From an uncultured Candidatus Saccharibacteria bacterium (lineage in GTDB: Bacteria > Patescibacteriota > Minisyncoccia > Phycocordibacterales > JACOZG01), in assembly GCA_964360815.1 (NCBI GenBank), contig CAYHYA010000006.1:1-40468 (forward strand): a DNA stretch of 40,468 nt, read 5' to 3'. A program made the translations under genes and the position numbers. Of the stretch, positions 36,766-40,468 are shown piece after piece. Below the pieces are notes generated by a model. It had not been told where the DNA came from and ran no database searches. It saw nothing but the letters and a program-made list of their open reading frames with translations. Within the stretch, counting starts at the first letter, position 1. The number at the start of each line of letters is the position of its first letter.

Positions 36766-36999
36766 TTAGATTGTTTGCAAGAGCAGGGCGGCGATTGACG
36801 AGGCGACGAAAAGAACCGCCAGAACGATCGTGGCGACAAAGAGGCCTTTCTCGAAGCCGCGTTTGGTGTGGATCACGCTAGTCTCGCCGCCAAAAGCACT
36901 GCCGAGACTGGCCTCGTTTCGTTGAAGAAGAATAACCGCAATCACGGCCACCGCCAGAACAATCTGTAGCCACGGAATCACCCCGCGCAGTATTTCCAT
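36766..36999 (-). CDS. secG: Preprotein translocase subunit SecG
   Basis: ILLQ..LGSAFGG..TKRG.EK with two TMs. Confidence 0.93.
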   Translation of the reverse strand: MEILRGVIPWLQIVLAVAVIAVILLQRNEASLGSAFGGETSVIHTKRGFEKGLFVATIVLAVLFVASSIAALLLQTI

Positions 37000-37089
37000 A
37001 GGTCACCACTATAGCAGGTTGACGAATTTTGAGCAAGGAAAAAGTTGCTATTTTTGAAGTCCGCGTTATAATACGCGAACCTGTTTTCT

Positions 37090-38448
37090 ATGTGGTATCG
37101 TCGTTTATTTGCAGTGATTCTAATTCTGCTCGCCGGTGGGCTAGCCTGGTTTGACTGGTCCGACTATCGGCCCTTCCGACTCGGCCTCGACTTGCGCGGT
37201 GGCAGTCAGTTGGTTTATGAAGCCGACACCAGCGTTTTAGCAACGAGTGGCGACATCGATGATGCCATGACGTCACTCCGTGGCGTGATCGAACGTCGCA
37301 TCAACGCTTTCGGTGTGGCTGAACCGTTGATTCAAGTTGAGACGGTTGGTCTGGGTTCGGCCGCCAAGCACCGTCTGATCGTTGAATTGCCCGGGGTGAC
37401 CAATTTAGAGGAAGCGCAACGCTTGATTGACGTTACCCCAACCCTCGAATTCAAAACGGCTCGCCCAGACGGCCCGGAGAAGAAGGCGATTCTCGCCGCT
37501 TACGAGAAAGCCCAAGAAGCTCTCGTGGCCGGTAAGCCGTTGCCGAACGACCCGCTTCTTAATCAGGATCCGGAATTTATTTCCACCACCCTGACCGGTC
37601 GTTATTTAAAACGCGCTCAAGTTAGTTTCAGTCAACAATCAATTTCTCCCTCTATTTCGCTCGAATTTGATCGGTCGGGAGCGGAACTGTTCGCCGAGAT
37701 TACTAAAGCAAATATTGACCAACCACTGGCAATCTATCTTGACGGCCGACCGTTGTCCGCGCCGATCGTTCGGGAAGCCATCACCGATGGCCAGGCCGAG
37801 ATCAGTGGCCAATTTACTTTGGCCGAAGCCAAGGAGTTGGTTCGTAATTTAAATCTCGGGGCCTTGCCGGTGCCGATCAAGCTCGTCTCCACCGAAACGG
37901 TCGGCGCAACGCTTGGCCAAGAAGCGCTTGATCGGGGACTGCGCGCGGGGTTAATCGGACTGATCGCGGTGGCGGTTTTTATGATTTTGTGGTATCGCGT
38001 TAATGGGCTTTTGGCCGTGTTGTCGCTCGCTATTTACGTTTCGTTGGTCCTGGCAATTTTCAAGCTCTTGCCGGTGACGCTAACGGCCGCGGGAATGGCC
38101 GGCTTCATTCTTTCGGTGGGCATGGCCGTTGACGCCAATATTTTAATTTTCGCCCGCCTGAAAGAAGAAATGCGTCACACCGACAACATGCACGAAGCTA
38201 TCGGTCACGGCTTCTCGCGCGCCTGGGCCTCAATTCGCGACTCCAACCTCTCGTCAATTATTTCCGCCCTCATCCTCTTCTGGTTTGGCACGAGCTTGGT
38301 TCGCGGTTTTGCTTTGACGCTAGCGATCGGGGTTCTGATTAGCATGTTCACCGCCATCACAATTACTCGAACTTTCCTGTTGGCGCTTGGGGTTCATCGA
38401 ACCAATCGGCTTAATCGCTTTCTGTTTGGTTCCGGCTGGAGTCATTAA
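37090..38448 (+). CDS. secD: Protein translocase subunit SecD
   Basis: LGLDLRGG, RRINAFGVAEP, GALPVP, GMAVDANILIF. Confidence 0.97.
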   Translation: MWYRRLFAVILILLAGGLAWFDWSDYRPFRLGLDLRGGSQLVYEADTSVLATSGDIDDAMTSLRGVIERRINAFGVAEPLIQVETVGLGSAAKHRLIVELPGVTNLEEAQRLIDVTPTLEFKTARPDGPEKKAILAAYEKAQEALVAGKPLPNDPLLNQDPEFISTTLTGRYLKRAQVSFSQQSISPSISLEFDRSGAELFAEITKANIDQPLAIYLDGRPLSAPIVREAITDGQAEISGQFTLAEAKELVRNLNLGALPVPIKLVSTETVGATLGQEALDRGLRAGLIGLIAVAVFMILWYRVNGLLAVLSLAIYVSLVLAIFKLLPVTLTAAGMAGFILSVGMAVDANILIFARLKEEMRHTDNMHEAIGHGFSRAWASIRDSNLSSIISALILFWFGTSLVRGFALTLAIGVLISMFTAITITRTFLLALGVHRTNRLNRFLFGSGWSH

Positions 38449-38457
38449 TTTACTTTT

Positions 38458-39363
38458 ATGTTCGTTATTAAATACAAAAATCTATTTTTCCTCCTTTCAA
38501 CCATTTTGATTGTTGGTTCACTGTGGTCGCTCGGGCATTACGGACTTAAGCTGGGAACAGATTTTACCGGTGGCTCGATTATTGAAGTAAACTACCCGAT
38601 CGAGCGACCAACGGCCGAGGCCGTGCGCGCGAGTCTAGCCAGCATTAACCTCGGACCAATCTCGGTTCAACTGGCCGGCGAACAGGGCGTTATTATTCGC
38701 TCCAAAACTCTTACTGACGCTGAACATTTACTAGTCGTGAAGACCTTACCGTCACCAACGCTCAATAACCAACTAACCCCAACCGAGAACCGTTTCAGCT
38801 CGATCGGCCCAACCATCGGCCAAGAATTGGCTCGAAAGGGAATTATCGCCATGATTCTTGTGGTCGTGTTAATCATTCTTTTTATCGCGTTTGCCTTTCG
38901 CCACGTTTCGCGGCCGGTCAGTTCGTGGAAATATGGCGTGGTCGCTTTCATCGCTTTGCTTCATGATTTAATTATCCCCACCGGCGTTTTCTCCTACCTC
39001 GGGGCCGTGCGGGGTTTTGAAGCCGACGCCCTTTTCCTCACTGGCCTGCTCACGATTTTGGGTCTTTCGATTCACGACACGATCGTGGTTTTCGATCGAA
39101 TTCGGGAGAATTTAAAAAAACACGTCGGTCTCGATTTTGCCGAAACGGTTGGCCGCAGTTTGTCCGAAACTTTCTCCCGCTCAATCAATACCTCATTAAC
39201 CATCATTCTCGTTCTGGTGATTATTTTTCTCTATGGTGCCGCCGCCACCCGCGACTTTTCGTTACTCATGGCGATCGGAGTGCTCGTCGGTACCTACTCC
39301 TCCATCTTCATCGCCTCGCCACTTCTCGTTGTTTGGCAGAAATTCTCTAGTCGTGTAAAATAG
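38458..39363 (+). CDS. secF: Protein translocase subunit SecF
   Basis: GTDFTGG, DTIVVFDRIRE, SRSINTS, GTYSSIFIASP. Confidence 0.97.
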   Translation: MFVIKYKNLFFLLSTILIVGSLWSLGHYGLKLGTDFTGGSIIEVNYPIERPTAEAVRASLASINLGPISVQLAGEQGVIIRSKTLTDAEHLLVVKTLPSPTLNNQLTPTENRFSSIGPTIGQELARKGIIAMILVVVLIILFIAFAFRHVSRPVSSWKYGVVAFIALLHDLIIPTGVFSYLGAVRGFEADALFLTGLLTILGLSIHDTIVVFDRIRENLKKHVGLDFAETVGRSLSETFSRSINTSLTIILVLVIIFLYGAAATRDFSLLMAIGVLVGTYSSIFIASPLLVVWQKFSSRVK

Positions 39364-39377
39364 GGGTATAGTTAAAA

Positions 39378-39674
39378 ATGAAAAAAATGAGTAAAATTTC
39401 CCCCTTTGTAATTTTTGTCTTTGGTTTGGGTTTGTTTTTCTTTGGTGGTTTTGAGAGATCTATACATATATCGACATTGAGATTGATCCATCCCTTGGTC
39501 GCTTTGATGTTTCAAGCTGTGGGATCAATAGTTGTGTGTTATGCTGGACTAGTTAAAAAATATGAAAAGAAAAAGATTTTTTACGTCGTCACCTTTTTTA
39601 TTATTTTGGCCGCTTTGTTTATTGCGGTGACGCAATACCAATCTTACCTCGGGTATCTATTTAGGAGTCGGTAG
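39378..39674 (+). CDS. Small AT-rich membrane protein
   Basis: Three hydrophobic segments; TATAGT just upstream of ATG. Confidence 0.6.
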   Translation: MKKMSKISPFVIFVFGLGLFFFGGFERSIHISTLRLIHPLVALMFQAVGSIVVCYAGLVKKYEKKKIFYVVTFFIILAALFIAVTQYQSYLGYLFRSR

Positions 39675-39802
39675 ATCAATGTGAGGTGTGGGTTTTTCTT
39701 TGCCAAAATATTTTTTGTGATTTTGTCTATTCCATAAAAAATACGATCATTAAAATTGTGAGATAGATTGAAAAAATAAGTTGGGAGAGTAAAATAAGGG
39801 CA

Positions 39803-40027
39803 ATGAAAATCACCGTCAAGGCCAAGCCCGGGGCGCGAGCGGAGAAAATTGAAAAAATTGATGAAGAAAATTTTATCGTGGCGGTCACCGAGCCGCCAGT
39901 GCAGGGCCGAGCCAACGCGGCGATCGCTAAAGTTTTGGCCAATTATTTTCAAGTGCCCGCGGCGCGGGTTCGTCTTGTTTCCGGATTCACTTCAAGGCAA
40001 AAGTTGTTTGAGGTGATGCCGATGTAA
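39803..40027 (+). CDS. DUF167/YggU family protein
   Basis: VKAKPGA, PPVQGRANAA, SGFTSRQK. Confidence 0.92.
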   Translation: MKITVKAKPGARAEKIEKIDEENFIVAVTEPPVQGRANAAIAKVLANYFQVPAARVRLVSGFTSRQKLFEVMPM

Positions 40028-40029
40028 AA

Positions 40030-40287
40030 TTACACCACACTTCCATTTTACCAAGGGCAGCCCTTGGTTTGCGTGGTTTGCGTTGATATATCGAAGAGGC
40101 CGTTGCCGTTCATCTTAAAGGAGAAAAATTATCTGAATTGGGTTTGGCAGAATCGCCAATGATCATGAGCAAACATTGACCATCCCCGTTCATAGAGATA
40201 GATATTGGTACGGCCCGGGCGATTTTTAATCAAGCGTTGCGATTTGTGTCCGAGAAAGATCTGAGGGGTTATTTTTATACGGAGTAA
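40030..40287 (+). pseudogene. Decayed hicB-hicA toxin-antitoxin remnants
   Basis: IEEAVAVHLKGEKLSELGLAESP (from 40090, HicB-like) joined to QTLTIPVHR/frameshift/IDIGTARAIFNQALRFVSEKDLRGYFYTE* (40170-40287, HicA-like C-terminus). Confidence 0.65.
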
Positions 40288-40311
40288 TTTTTTTACTTTT
40301 TATTGGATGGC

Positions 40312-40378
40312 TTGACGGCAATTTTTGGCCAAGTATACTTACCCTTGCTCTGCCCAAGGCAGACAGGTCTTTGACAAC
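40312..40378 (+). promoter_or_regulatory. rRNA operon promoter with leader hairpin and boxA
   Basis: TTGACG-16-TATACT, hairpin TCTGCC-CAA-GGCAGA, GGTCTTTGACAAC. Confidence 0.75.
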
Positions 40379-40410
40379 CAAGCATTTTTTCTTTTGTTCT
40401 GTTCTAGTAA

Positions 40411-40468
<58 letters not shown>

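Overview
Chromosomal window of a Patescibacteria/CPR bacterium, most likely Parcubacteria. Support: the 16S 5' end reads GGCGACGTGGATAAGGCATGC, core genes have almost no leader, and a PaaX/Cas2-like gene is present. The housekeeping backbone comprises ung, a pseudouridine synthase, rpmG, miaA, parB, topA, dprA, serS, an ftsQ-like gene, typA, SIMPL, yqeY, a UvrD-nuclease fusion, an MFS transporter, rnj, an oppA-like gene, secG/D/F, four tRNAs and the start of 16S rRNA. Self-contained accessory genes are interspersed; most carry a sigma70-like promoter, a boxA-like motif, a strong Shine-Dalgarno (SD) and a terminator. Highlights: (1) A diversity-generating retroelement (DGR)-type module at about 23.4-24.8 kb has a target gene whose 122-bp variable repeat (VR) differs from a downstream template repeat (TR) at 16 positions, all A->G. 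The TR lies in a putative ~410-nt structured RNA, no reverse transcriptase or intact avd is in the window, the module is bracketed by a 117-bp duplication of the MFS 3' end, and it follows a paralogous target-like gene with the same promoter. (2) A PaaX/Cas2-like gene is bracketed by perfect 27-bp inverted repeats. (3) A ~2260-aa surface protein has a glycoside-hydrolase-like domain flanked in frame by 274-bp near-identical repeats. (4) A decayed hicBA remnant precedes the rRNA promoter. All alignments were done by eye; no database searches were run.
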